This document shows, in pieces, positions 17,943 through 26,718 of a DNA stretch of 64,000 nucleotides; position 1 is the first letter of the stretch; each line of letters begins with the position of its first letter. The DNA is from an uncultured Gammaproteobacteria bacterium (lineage in GTDB: Bacteria > Patescibacteriota > Patescibacteriia > UBA11705 > DATKZF01): assembly GCA_964411255.1 (NCBI GenBank), contig CAYPKD010000007.1, positions 13,344 through 77,343 on the forward strand. Direction: 5' to 3'. The notes under the pieces were generated by a model. It saw only the letters and a program-made list of their open reading frames with translations. It was not told the origin of the DNA and made no database searches. The position numbers and the translations under genes are program-made.

Positions 17943-18164
17943 TCATTTGATAGGCGGTAGATCAAATCCCAAATCTACATCCCTTGACGTTTGTGTTTCA
18001 GAAATATCTTGTGGATTGCTCGTTTGCCTGCCACATTCCAAGCATTTAAAAATTCCAGATACGACAGTGCTGCTGCCAATTATATCAGAACCTGAGGTAG
18101 CTGGGACGCATGAAGTGCATCCACAATATTTGCATTTAAAATTTTCAATCTTCTCCCGCATCAT
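17943..18164 (-). CDS. small zinc-ribbon protein, hypothetical
   Basis: CKYCGC...CLECG motifs; start placed at the MMREK ATG pair (the track start at 18248 is longer). Confidence 0.4.
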   Translation of the reverse strand: MMREKIENFKCKYCGCTSCVPATSGSDIIGSSTVVSGIFKCLECGRQTSNPQDISETQTSRDVDLGFDLPPIK

Positions 18165-18231
18165 TACCCCCACAGTACCAGTATTTATCTGACAAAACAA
18201 TTTTATCACAAAAAATATATTTTTCAAATTA

Positions 18232-18375
18232 TTACAGCATGTAGGCACGCAAACCGCGCGTGCCTACGTAGGGACAAGTCGCGACCTGTCCCTACATGGC
18301 GCGGAAATATTAAAGGATAGAACAATGTTCTGTCCCTACAAGCAATATCATTAAATTTAAACCGCGCCATATGCT
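18232..18375. repeat. GC-rich palindromic hairpin cluster A (GTAGGGACA / CTGTCCCTAC family)
   Basis: Hairpins gtaggcacgc...gcgtgcctac (10 bp) and gtagggacaag...cctgtccctac, a second CTGTCCCTAC copy, and long-range atggcgcgg/ccgcgccat pairing; a GC island in an AT-rich context. Confidence 0.6.
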
Positions 18376-18522
18376 GTAATCCCAAATCCCTGGTCTTGTA
18401 ATCTTGTACAAATAAATCCTCGGGTCAGAAAAGATCTTGTATCTTAATCATGTAATCTCGTATAAATAAATTCCCGGAAAAGATCTTGTACAAAAAAATC
18501 CCTGGACATTGCCAAGGATATG

Positions 18523-18729
18523 TTAATCTTGAAGTTTAGCCTCAAGCTGTAGGCCAAGGCTGTTATTTAATTTGCCAGAAAAAGCAACAAGACCATCAGA
18601 CCCAATGGGTGCTTTTTCCTCTATTCCAAATTTTTCATCATCTGATGGAATTGCCAAAGCTTCTTCAAATTGCGCTTGTGCATCCTGCGCATCAATTCGA
18701 GCCCGTTTACGTAGCAGTTCCTCCTTCAT
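18523..18729 (-). CDS. hypothetical small protein
   Basis: 68-aa ORF. Confidence 0.35.
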   Translation of the reverse strand: MKEELLRKRARIDAQDAQAQFEEALAIPSDDEKFGIEEKAPIGSDGLVAFSGKLNNSLGLQLEAKLQD

Positions 18730-18781
18730 TCCCCCTCCTTTCGTATGGGCTGCTTACAAAATTAAACTATCAAACAAATTA

Positions 18782-20152
18782 TTATCTGTCAAGCTGGCTT
18801 AATCTCTCACAAAGTTTATCATGTAATTCATCAAATTGCATAGCTCTTGAAGCTTTAAATAAAACCACATCTCCCGGATTTACTTTTTCAATCAACCTCG
18901 AAACAATTAATTCTCTGTCTTCTACTTTTATAAATTCACTTTCAGTATCATCCATTAGAGCTGTGGCTGCGCCAGCATATTGTCCAAATCCATATACAAC
19001 ATCAACTCCAAGCATTTTAGCAAATTCTAATATTTTTATATGTAATTCTTCTGTTTGCTCGCCTAATTCTAACATATCACCAAAAATAAAATAGAATCGT
19101 CCTTGATACAATGATTTAGCTGATAATATTGCTGCCATAGCTGAATCTGGATTGGCATTATAAGCATCATTGATTATTGTCACTCCATTAACTATTTGCG
19201 TCTCAAATCTCATTTTCGGATATTCAAATTTTTCAAAACCTTCCTGAATATCAAGCCAATCAATGTTAAAATGCCGGGCCACTGCAATTGCTGCCAGCAT
19301 ATTCATTATATTATGATCAGCAATTGCCAAATCAAACTGCAAAACTGCATTACCTTTTTTATGGACAGCTTCAAAAGACGTCCACTCATCAATGACAGTA
19401 AGATTATCAGCTCTCATTCTACAAGACGCAGCAATTCCAAATGTAATAACTTGCCTGGAATAATCACAATCTGCAATTATTTTTTCACATTGCTCATTAT
19501 CACCATTTATGACAAATAAGCCATCTGGCTTTACTTGCTTTAATAATGCTGACTTTTCTCTTCTTACTCCGTCCAGAGTCTCAAAGGCTTCTAAATGAGC
19601 ATGGCCAATGTTAGTAATCACCCCAACATCAGGCGTGACCATTGTCGCTAAATATCTCATTTCACCTTTTTCACTCGTACCCAATTCAAGCACTAAAAAC
19701 TCTGTTTCTTCATTAATGCCAAAAATTGTTTCAGGCACACCAATTTTATTGTTATGGTTTTTATATGTTGAACAAACCTTATGCTTTGCTGACAAAACAT
19801 GGGCAATCATTTGAGTAGTTGTTGTCTTACCACAGCTGCCAGTAACTGCAATTACCTGACAGTCGAACTCTGACAGCCAAAGCTTTGCCAATCTACCAAG
19901 CGCTTCAATCATGTTTTCTACAATTATAATATTTTCAATTCCCAAAATTTTTTGTTCTGTAATAGCGCAAGCGGCTCCATTTTCCAATGCTTGAGGAATA
20001 AAATTAATTCCCGTATTTATAGCCACAAACAAATCTCCAGGCTTTACTTTTCTGGAATCAAGGCAGATACCAGATATTTCGTCTGTAGACGCATCTAAAG
20101 TATAAAGTAAAGGGTCAAGCAAACCTATAACTTTTCTAAGGCTGATTATCAA
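18782..20152 (-). CDS. murF: UDP-N-acetylmuramoyl-tripeptide--D-alanyl-D-alanine ligase
   Basis: Mur ligase P-loop (TGSCGKTTTTQM), MurF-type N-terminal domain (DSRKVKPGDLFVAI). Confidence 0.85.
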   Translation of the reverse strand: MIISLRKVIGLLDPLLYTLDASTDEISGICLDSRKVKPGDLFVAINTGINFIPQALENGAACAITEQKILGIENIIIVENMIEALGRLAKLWLSEFDCQVIAVTGSCGKTTTTQMIAHVLSAKHKVCSTYKNHNNKIGVPETIFGINEETEFLVLELGTSEKGEMRYLATMVTPDVGVITNIGHAHLEAFETLDGVRREKSALLKQVKPDGLFVINGDNEQCEKIIADCDYSRQVITFGIAASCRMRADNLTVIDEWTSFEAVHKKGNAVLQFDLAIADHNIMNMLAAIAVARHFNIDWLDIQEGFEKFEYPKMRFETQIVNGVTIINDAYNANPDSAMAAILSAKSLYQGRFYFIFGDMLELGEQTEELHIKILEFAKMLGVDVVYGFGQYAGAATALMDDTESEFIKVEDRELIVSRLIEKVNPGDVVLFKASRAMQFDELHDKLCERLSQLDR

Positions 20153-20220
20153 TTTTTACCTCCTTTCTATCAAAGAACTGAATTTGAATAAAACTTATCA
20201 AGAAAAGTATACCGTGTCAA

Positions 20221-20254
20221 TTTTTTAAAAGAAAAAACCCCGTAAAAACGGGGC
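20221..20254 (-). terminator. rho-independent terminator (minus strand) after the ytxH-like gene
   Basis: ccccg/cgggg stem followed by a U-run on the minus strand. Confidence 0.65.
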
Positions 20255-20391
20255 TTTCTCTCTCATTAGGCTTTTCGTTGCAATTAGCAACAATTTGTTA
20301 TATAACAAAGGGAAACAATTCACCTTTGCTTAATTTATTCTAACAAATTTTAATTATGCTAGTCAACCAAGCCAAGATGTTTTGTGGATAA

Positions 20392-20712
20392 CTACTTCTT
20401 CTTTAATTCTCGTTCAACCTCTTTCCATCTCGCTTTTAATTCTCTCCGAACTTCCTCCATAGTTTTATCAGCTGCTTTCTTTTTCTTTTTATAATCATCA
20501 ACTACTTTGTCAACCACGTCATCGTACTTTTTCTTTGTCATTTTCTTTGCTTTTTCCACTTCACGTAAAATTTTATTGCTCATTTCCTTAGCTAACTTTT
20601 TAATGTCAGCCCGGGTTTGTTTTCCTGATTTTGGAGCTAAAAGCAATGCAGCCACAGTTCCAATCACAGCGCCAATCGCCGCTCCTGCTAGAAATGATTT
20701 CTTTTTACCCAT
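20392..20712 (-). CDS. YtxH-like (DUF948) general stress protein
   Basis: N-terminal hydrophobic helix then LLAPKSGKQTRADIKK and a K/E-rich tail, typical of YtxH. Confidence 0.7.
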   Translation of the reverse strand: MGKKKSFLAGAAIGAVIGTVAALLLAPKSGKQTRADIKKLAKEMSNKILREVEKAKKMTKKKYDDVVDKVVDDYKKKKKAADKTMEEVRRELKARWKEVERELKKK

Positions 20713-20792
20713 AAATTATTTTTGTTAATTTTTATGTCTGTATTATATCATTTGTGTAAAAATATGTACAAGAAATATTTTAGCTTTATATT

Positions 20793-21890
20793 CTAAAGCC
20801 AAGGGCTGAGTATCTCTGCAAAAGCACTTTTTAACCTCTGAATCAATCCTTTATTTTTCCATCTACTTTCTTCAAAAGGCTCAGAATATTCTTTCCACTC
20901 TGTAAAAATTTTTTCTAAATCTCCGACCATTTGTTTATCTGTGAAATACGCATTGGCTTCCAGGTTCCTGTAAAAGCTGCCTTTGTCAATATTGCTTGAT
21001 CCGACCATGCCTTCTTTGCTGTCAACAACATAAGCTTTGCCATGCATCATCTGAGGGGTAAAATACATTTTTACTCCGAGCTTATGCATTGCATTATAAT
21101 ATTTTCTGGCAGCCCACTGGACAACTTTTAGGTCTGTTCTCAATGGAATAATCAAATCAATTTTCACTCCCCTCTTTCTCGCTCTGGCCAAGGCCTTGAC
21201 CAATTTTCTGTTAGGCAAATAATACGGCACAGCTAATTTCAAATTCTTTTTTGCTTTATTAATTGATTTTAAAAAACTGGCATGCACTTTTGATCTTTTG
21301 GCATGAGGAAACTGAAATAAAAATTTTAATTTTTTACTTTTTTCTAATTTTGGATGAAGCAGTTTTTTAACTTTTTTTCTATCACCACCAGCTCTGACGT
21401 ATGATTTTGCAAATGCGCGGGTTAAAGACCGAACCATTGGCCCTTTTACCATTAATAACAAATCCAGCCAGTCAGCCATGAAATTTTGAATATTAACTCC
21501 GCCGATAAATCCAATCTCATTATCAATAATCATGATCTTGCGATGAGTTCTTTCCCAAAATGCCCGCCAAAATCTCATGAACTTGCCTAAAGTAACTGGA
21601 TTATATATTACCAAATCAACTCCAGCCTTTTTTAATCTATCAATAGATGAAGAAGATAATTTAAAACTGCCCACTCCGTCTATTACCATTTTTATATCTA
21701 GACCTTGCTTTGCTTTTTCTGTAAGCAAATCCACAAATCTCTGTCCTGCTTCGTCATCAATAAAAATATAAGTCTCCCAATAAATGCTTTTTTGGGCTTT
21801 TTTCATTTCTTCATACATAGCATCCCAGGCATCGCGCGAAACTGAAAAAAATTGATACTGAATTGGCTGGTGGTTATTTTTCATATACAT
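20793..21890 (-). CDS. phospholipase D / cardiolipin synthase-family protein (two HKD motifs)
   Basis: HRKIMIIDNEIGFIGGVNI and HGKAYVVDSKEGMVGSSNID; start uncertain (ATGs at 21890 and 21953, TTG at 21959). Confidence 0.7.
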   Translation of the reverse strand: MYMKNNHQPIQYQFFSVSRDAWDAMYEEMKKAQKSIYWETYIFIDDEAGQRFVDLLTEKAKQGLDIKMVIDGVGSFKLSSSSIDRLKKAGVDLVIYNPVTLGKFMRFWRAFWERTHRKIMIIDNEIGFIGGVNIQNFMADWLDLLLMVKGPMVRSLTRAFAKSYVRAGGDRKKVKKLLHPKLEKSKKLKFLFQFPHAKRSKVHASFLKSINKAKKNLKLAVPYYLPNRKLVKALARARKRGVKIDLIIPLRTDLKVVQWAARKYYNAMHKLGVKMYFTPQMMHGKAYVVDSKEGMVGSSNIDKGSFYRNLEANAYFTDKQMVGDLEKIFTEWKEYSEPFEESRWKNKGLIQRLKSAFAEILSPWL

Positions 21891-22130
21891 TTTAATTCTA
21901 ACACAAATCACTGAAAATGAAAGATTTTTAAAAGAAGGAGACCTGATGTACATTGACAACAGGTCTCAATACGCAACGGATGCGCTTGCTCCTCAGTAAT
22001 ATTATAAGGTATTTGTCATTTTTTTACAAACTACCGTCCTACTGACCTACCAACCTACCGATCTAATAAAAGACTTATCCACTTAACAAAACTGTAAATC
22101 TTTGATATCTTGCCACAAGGAGGAAGTTCC

Positions 22131-22178
22131 TTGAAATTAACAGCAAAAAGCTGTTCTTTTTTTGACTCTATGAGCTGA
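22131..22178 (+). promoter_or_regulatory. putative pyr attenuator: 15-codon leader ORF overlapping a hairpin plus T8 tract
   Basis: AAGGAGG RBS, TTG AAA TTA ACA GCA AAA AGC TGT TCT TTT TTT GAC TCT ATG AGC TGA; the hairpin aacagc/gctgtt plus ctttttttt sits just upstream of pyrB. Confidence 0.4.
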
Positions 22179-22198
22179 GCCGGAAAGGAAGGGGAAGC

Positions 22199-23746
22199 TT
22201 GAAGCATTTCATAACTTTAGATGATTTTACTTTAGAAGAAATTCTACAAATAGTAGCTGATTCAATTGGCTATATTCCGTTTGCCTGGGAAAAAAGATTT
22301 CTGCCAAAAAAAGATAGACTATATGTTAATTTTAAAGATAAAATGGCATTGAAACTTATAATGATGCTCGAACCTACCAGCCGCACAGGATATTCAAATT
22401 GGCTAGGAGGGAAACTTAACCGGTTTGAAGTAATGATGCTAGCCGGCAAGGAAGCCCTGTCCCTGGCAAAATCTGAAAGCTTAGCAGATGCAGTGCGTAC
22501 CCATGCTGGCACTCAACGAGCAGATATTTTAGTATTAAGAACAAAATTTGAAGGCAGTGCAAGATTTGCCAAAGAAATTTTGGCAAAATCAGGCTATCAA
22601 TGCGCTGTGCACAATGCAGGAGATGGCGCAAATAGGCATCCGACGCAGGCTTTACTAAACCTGACAACAATCATGCACAAGCTGGGCAGACTCAATGACT
22701 TTACCATTGGCTTTTTCGGTGATTTAAAATATTCCAGAACTCTTAATTCAGACCTTGACGCTCTTCGCATATTAAATAATGAATATAGGAATATCAGAGT
22801 TATCACTGTTTGCGCTCCTGGCACAGGTATTCCAGATTATCGTCGGCAAGGGCTGGAAATTGAAGAATATGATTCATTTGACGCTTTCAGACAATGCGAT
22901 GTTATAAGCGGCATTAGAATTCAGCAAGAAAGATATACAGATCCAATGGAAAAAGCCAGAGTAATGGGCAAATTCATTTTAGGTTTGAAAATTCTTAATT
23001 CAATGAAAGACGATGTTGTAGTCATGCATCCTGGTCCTCGCGGCCCGGAAATTGACGCAGCGATTTCTCTAGACCCAAGAGTGGTAATGTGGGAACAAAT
23101 GTTTATTGGTGTGGCGACCAGAATGGCGCTGGACCGTTGGAGCTATAATCTGCTTGATGAAAAAACAACTTTTGATGATATTAAGCCTTGCCGAATTGAA
23201 GAAAAAGAAAAAGAACCAAATGAAGACAGATTGAAAAAAAGAGAGAAAGAAGGCAAAACTGATGAATATTTCAGGCCAATCCGCAGGCGAGGCACAATTA
23301 TCGATCATATTACATTAGGTCTGGGCGGACCTATAAAAAGAATTATGAAAAAATTCAATGGCGCTGAAGGCCAGGGCACTGTGCATTCAGTGGAAATTGA
23401 AGGAAGAAAAGATGTAATCGTGCTTCAGGGTAAATTTCCTAAGCCTTGGTTTAAAACTATCATTGAATTTTTAAATCCTAACACCACCTTTAACATCATA
23501 GATGAAGGCTGGTTTGAAAAACAAAAAGTCAGAATTTCAGGTGCTACTATGCCGAATGCTCTGACCTGTCCAAATCCAGTCTGCATTTCCAGAAATGAGG
23601 AAGAAGCTGAATCCAGTTTTACAGTTTGTCTTCGTACTTCAAAAGCAATGTGTGACAACTGCATGCGCGAATTCACCAGAGCTGAGATTATAAAAGCAAC
23701 TTTTGATATAAATGTAGAACAGCTTGAGCAAGCTAATGGGGAATAA
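22199..23746 (+). CDS. pyrB: aspartate carbamoyltransferase catalytic domain fused to a PyrI-like regulatory zinc domain
   Basis: Transcarbamylase motifs HPTQALLN and MHPGP with a divergent CP-binding motif (PTSRTG instead of STRTR); C-terminal 150 aa resemble PyrI (IDHI..., CPNPVCIS...C..C); TTG start with RBS. Confidence 0.7.
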   Translation: MKHFITLDDFTLEEILQIVADSIGYIPFAWEKRFLPKKDRLYVNFKDKMALKLIMMLEPTSRTGYSNWLGGKLNRFEVMMLAGKEALSLAKSESLADAVRTHAGTQRADILVLRTKFEGSARFAKEILAKSGYQCAVHNAGDGANRHPTQALLNLTTIMHKLGRLNDFTIGFFGDLKYSRTLNSDLDALRILNNEYRNIRVITVCAPGTGIPDYRRQGLEIEEYDSFDAFRQCDVISGIRIQQERYTDPMEKARVMGKFILGLKILNSMKDDVVVMHPGPRGPEIDAAISLDPRVVMWEQMFIGVATRMALDRWSYNLLDEKTTFDDIKPCRIEEKEKEPNEDRLKKREKEGKTDEYFRPIRRRGTIIDHITLGLGGPIKRIMKKFNGAEGQGTVHSVEIEGRKDVIVLQGKFPKPWFKTIIEFLNPNTTFNIIDEGWFEKQKVRISGATMPNALTCPNPVCISRNEEEAESSFTVCLRTSKAMCDNCMREFTRAEIIKATFDINVEQLEQANGE

Positions 23747-23812
23747 TTAAAACTCTTAGACATTCTAAGAGTTTTTTTATATTAAAAAAGAACGAATTGT
23801 TCGTTCTTTATA

Positions 23813-24919
23813 TTATACTCCCCCTAATGAACTTCTTTCATACACATCTTTGTCTAGCTCAATTACTGATTCATATAAACGCAGGATCTCCTGCATTTCA
23901 TCTTCAAGAGGAGCATTTGTTCGCTCACCACGTCCTTGCTGAGATTCTTTCAATTTTTCCTTCAATCCTTCAAGCTTATCGAGCAATTCTTTTCTATTTG
24001 AAGGGTTACGGTCTTTAATACGTTCCACAAAATCTGTCAGCCTCTCTGCGATCATACGCAGATCAGGATCAAATTGCGACAGATACTGCTCATGCTTTTT
24101 GAGCCTGGCAAGTTCTGCTTTTTTCATTTTAGATTTTTTTTCAAAAGAATGAAGGAAATTAAATGAAAACACTACCATTATAAATCTAATTATTCCAGTT
24201 ACAATAATAACAGGTAAAAAGAAAACCGAAAATGCAACTGCGGTCAAATCTGCTGGCACATACCAGAACAAGAAGTATTTACTATATCCAAATCCTTTAT
24301 ATATCTTTTCATAATCATATGCCCAAACACAATTATAAATTCCGACTACTAGCAGAATTGATATATAGAAAAGAAGTACCATACCAATTATTCCAAAACT
24401 TTGCGGCAGCCATTCAGCTGAATATATATACACCCAATAGCCCAATTTTTCTGATAAGATAGGTTCTGCTGTGGCCTTTAGTTCTTTTGATTCATGCTCT
24501 TTTGTGCTATATACTTTAACCATCATTTCCAGATCTCCTGGAGACTGGGCTTCTATACTTTTTATTAATGCAATCATTTCAACAAAGTCAGCAGTTTTAT
24601 CTTCGAATTTACTCATTGCCTTAACAAATAAAGACAAAATGCCTTCAAACTGAACACATGACTCATCATATTCAGCCTGATCAAGATTTGAAATACAGCT
24701 GTAAAAATCATTTTCTTCCTTGATTTTATTATTCTCAGAAATAATTTTTGCATTTTGCTTATTTGCCAGCTCAATTTTTATATTGTTAAAACTTGAGATC
24801 CTTGTCATATAGTTTGAGTAAACTATTGCTATTGACGCATGAAATATCACAAAACAAACAATCCAGGTAATCAGGCCAGCTTTTGTAATATCCCAATACT
24901 CTCTGCCAGTGATCTTCAT
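23813..24919 (-). CDS. membrane protein with cytoplasmic coiled-coil region, hypothetical
   Basis: About 4 TM helices plus a C-terminal K/E-rich helical region. Confidence 0.5.
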   Translation of the reverse strand: MKITGREYWDITKAGLITWIVCFVIFHASIAIVYSNYMTRISSFNNIKIELANKQNAKIISENNKIKEENDFYSCISNLDQAEYDESCVQFEGILSLFVKAMSKFEDKTADFVEMIALIKSIEAQSPGDLEMMVKVYSTKEHESKELKATAEPILSEKLGYWVYIYSAEWLPQSFGIIGMVLLFYISILLVVGIYNCVWAYDYEKIYKGFGYSKYFLFWYVPADLTAVAFSVFFLPVIIVTGIIRFIMVVFSFNFLHSFEKKSKMKKAELARLKKHEQYLSQFDPDLRMIAERLTDFVERIKDRNPSNRKELLDKLEGLKEKLKESQQGRGERTNAPLEDEMQEILRLYESVIELDKDVYERSSLGGV

Positions 24920-25142
24920 TAGGCCCCTCCTGACCAGTTGATGTCAAAAAACATTAGATTTTACTTTAGCTCAATACACTAATTATGTCAATTATAAGCT
25001 ATTTTTATGCAAATTTTACTCTCTTGCAATATTTTTAGACTTGTGCTAAAATATCACTACTGTAACTACAAGATCTACAGATCCTCTACAGATAATACAG
25101 ATATCCGTAATATCAGTAATCATCCGTAGATCCGTAACCAAT

Positions 25143-25427
25143 ATGAAGAAAGACATACATCCAAAATACTATAAAAATGCAAAAGTTACCTGCGCATGCG
25201 GTAATAATTTTGTTACTGGCTCAACTCAGGAAGAAATAAAAACTGAGCTTTGTTCAATGTGCCATCCTTTCTTTACTGGCAAACAAAAAATCGTCGATAC
25301 TGCCCGCAGAGTAGAAAAATTCCAGGAAAAAATGGCAAAGAAAAAACAAGTGGCTGCAGGACGAAAAGGCAAAACTGCAAAACGAAAAGCAAAAGCAGCA
25401 AAGAAAAAAGCAACTGCCAAAAAATAG
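25143..25427 (+). CDS. rpmE: 50S ribosomal protein L31 with K/A-rich C-terminal extension
   Basis: [10 protein letters not shown]...CACGNNF...[10 protein letters not shown], the L31 zinc-ribbon type. Confidence 0.9.
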   Translation: MKKDIHPKYYKNAKVTCACGNNFVTGSTQEEIKTELCSMCHPFFTGKQKIVDTARRVEKFQEKMAKKKQVAAGRKGKTAKRKAKAAKKKATAKK

Positions 25428-25643
25428 CTATCTTAAATTGATCTCCCAAAAAGAGGCATTGGTTTTCATTGCCTGAAGTTAAGGGAGATTTTTTGATAGA
25501 AGAGGGCTTAAGATGGCCTGAGAAGGCTTTAGAGGTTTAGGGGAAAAGAGGAAAAGGAGGCTGCCTTCTTTACCTATCTACCTCCTCACCCTCTTATGCC
25601 CCCTTCTACCCTCTCAAGTCTTCTAACATGTTATACTAATTAT

Positions 25644-26714
25644 ATGAAACAACAAATAGATAAAATCAAAAAACAATTTAAAAAACTGGAAGACCAGCTT
25701 TCTGATCCGGCTGTGCTTAAAGATGCTCAAAAATTAAAAAATATTTCTTCAGAACATGCTGATTTAAAAGATTTAGTTGAGATAATTGAAAAGCATGAAA
25801 CAGTGCAAGATAATTTAAAACAAGCTCAGGACACATTAAAAGACAAATCTGCTGATGATGAATTAAAAGAATTGGCTAAGCAGGAAATTGAAGATCTTGA
25901 GAAAAAAATCTTAAAGCTGGAGAATAAACTTAAAATCGCTTTGCTACCCAAAGATCCAAATGATGCTAAAAATGTAATTATGGAAATCAGAGCTGGAGCA
26001 GGCGGTGATGAATCTGCGCTCTTTGCTGCTGATCTTTTCCGCATGTATTCAAAATATGCAGAAAGCAAAAAATGGAAAACGTCGCTCTTAAGCGCCAATC
26101 GAATTGGGATCGGTGGATTTAAAGAAGTCATTTTTGAAATCACAGGAAAAAATGTATTTGCTGACATGAAATATGAAATGGGCGTTCATCGGGTGCAAAG
26201 AGTACCGGAAACTGAAAAACAAGGGCGGGTCCATACTTCAACTGCCACTGTAGCTGTTTTACCAGAAGCTGAGGAATTTGATTTTAAAATTGATCCAACA
26301 GATTTACGCATAGATACTTTCTGCGCTGGCGGCCATGGCGGACAGGGAGTGAATACTACATATTCAGCGGTCAGAATAACTCATACGCCTACAAACACCG
26401 TAGTTTCATGCCAGGATGAACGATCTCAGGCTCAAAATAAAGACAAAGCAATGCGGGTCATGCGATCAAGACTTTATGATCTTGAACAGGAAAAAGCGCA
26501 TAAAGAAATGGCTGAAGCCAGAAAATCTCAGGTCGGCTCAGGCGACCGCTCAGAAAAAATTCGTACTTATAATTTCCCGCAGGACAGAATCACTGACCAC
26601 CGAATCAAAAAAAATTGGGCAAATATTCATGGGATTTTAGATGGTGAGATTGAGGAAATTATTAAAACAATAAGGGAAGAAGATACTAAATTGAAATTAG
26701 AAAAGCAAAAATAA
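25644..26714 (+). CDS. prfA: peptide chain release factor 1
   Basis: GGQ motif ([12 protein letters not shown]) and an RF1-type recognition loop that reads PET here ([12 protein letters not shown]); start moved to [10 protein letters not shown] because the upstream part of the track ORF is the pyrimidine-rich leader. Confidence 0.9.
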   Translation: MKQQIDKIKKQFKKLEDQLSDPAVLKDAQKLKNISSEHADLKDLVEIIEKHETVQDNLKQAQDTLKDKSADDELKELAKQEIEDLEKKILKLENKLKIALLPKDPNDAKNVIMEIRAGAGGDESALFAADLFRMYSKYAESKKWKTSLLSANRIGIGGFKEVIFEITGKNVFADMKYEMGVHRVQRVPETEKQGRVHTSTATVAVLPEAEEFDFKIDPTDLRIDTFCAGGHGGQGVNTTYSAVRITHTPTNTVVSCQDERSQAQNKDKAMRVMRSRLYDLEQEKAHKEMAEARKSQVGSGDRSEKIRTYNFPQDRITDHRIKKNWANIHGILDGEIEEIIKTIREEDTKLKLEKQK

Positions 26715-26718
26715 TCAT

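Noticed and set aside
21941-21997. 17-aa plus-strand mini-ORF with a GAAGGAG RBS at the PLD gene start region
   Set aside because: The RBS-like match probably occurred by chance on the strand opposite the PLD-family gene, and the peptide has no support.
22139-22163. The leader hairpin read as the terminator of an upstream plus-strand gene
   Set aside because: No plus-strand gene lies upstream; the preceding gene is on the minus strand. The hairpin is better read as part of a pyrB leader or attenuator, with low confidence.
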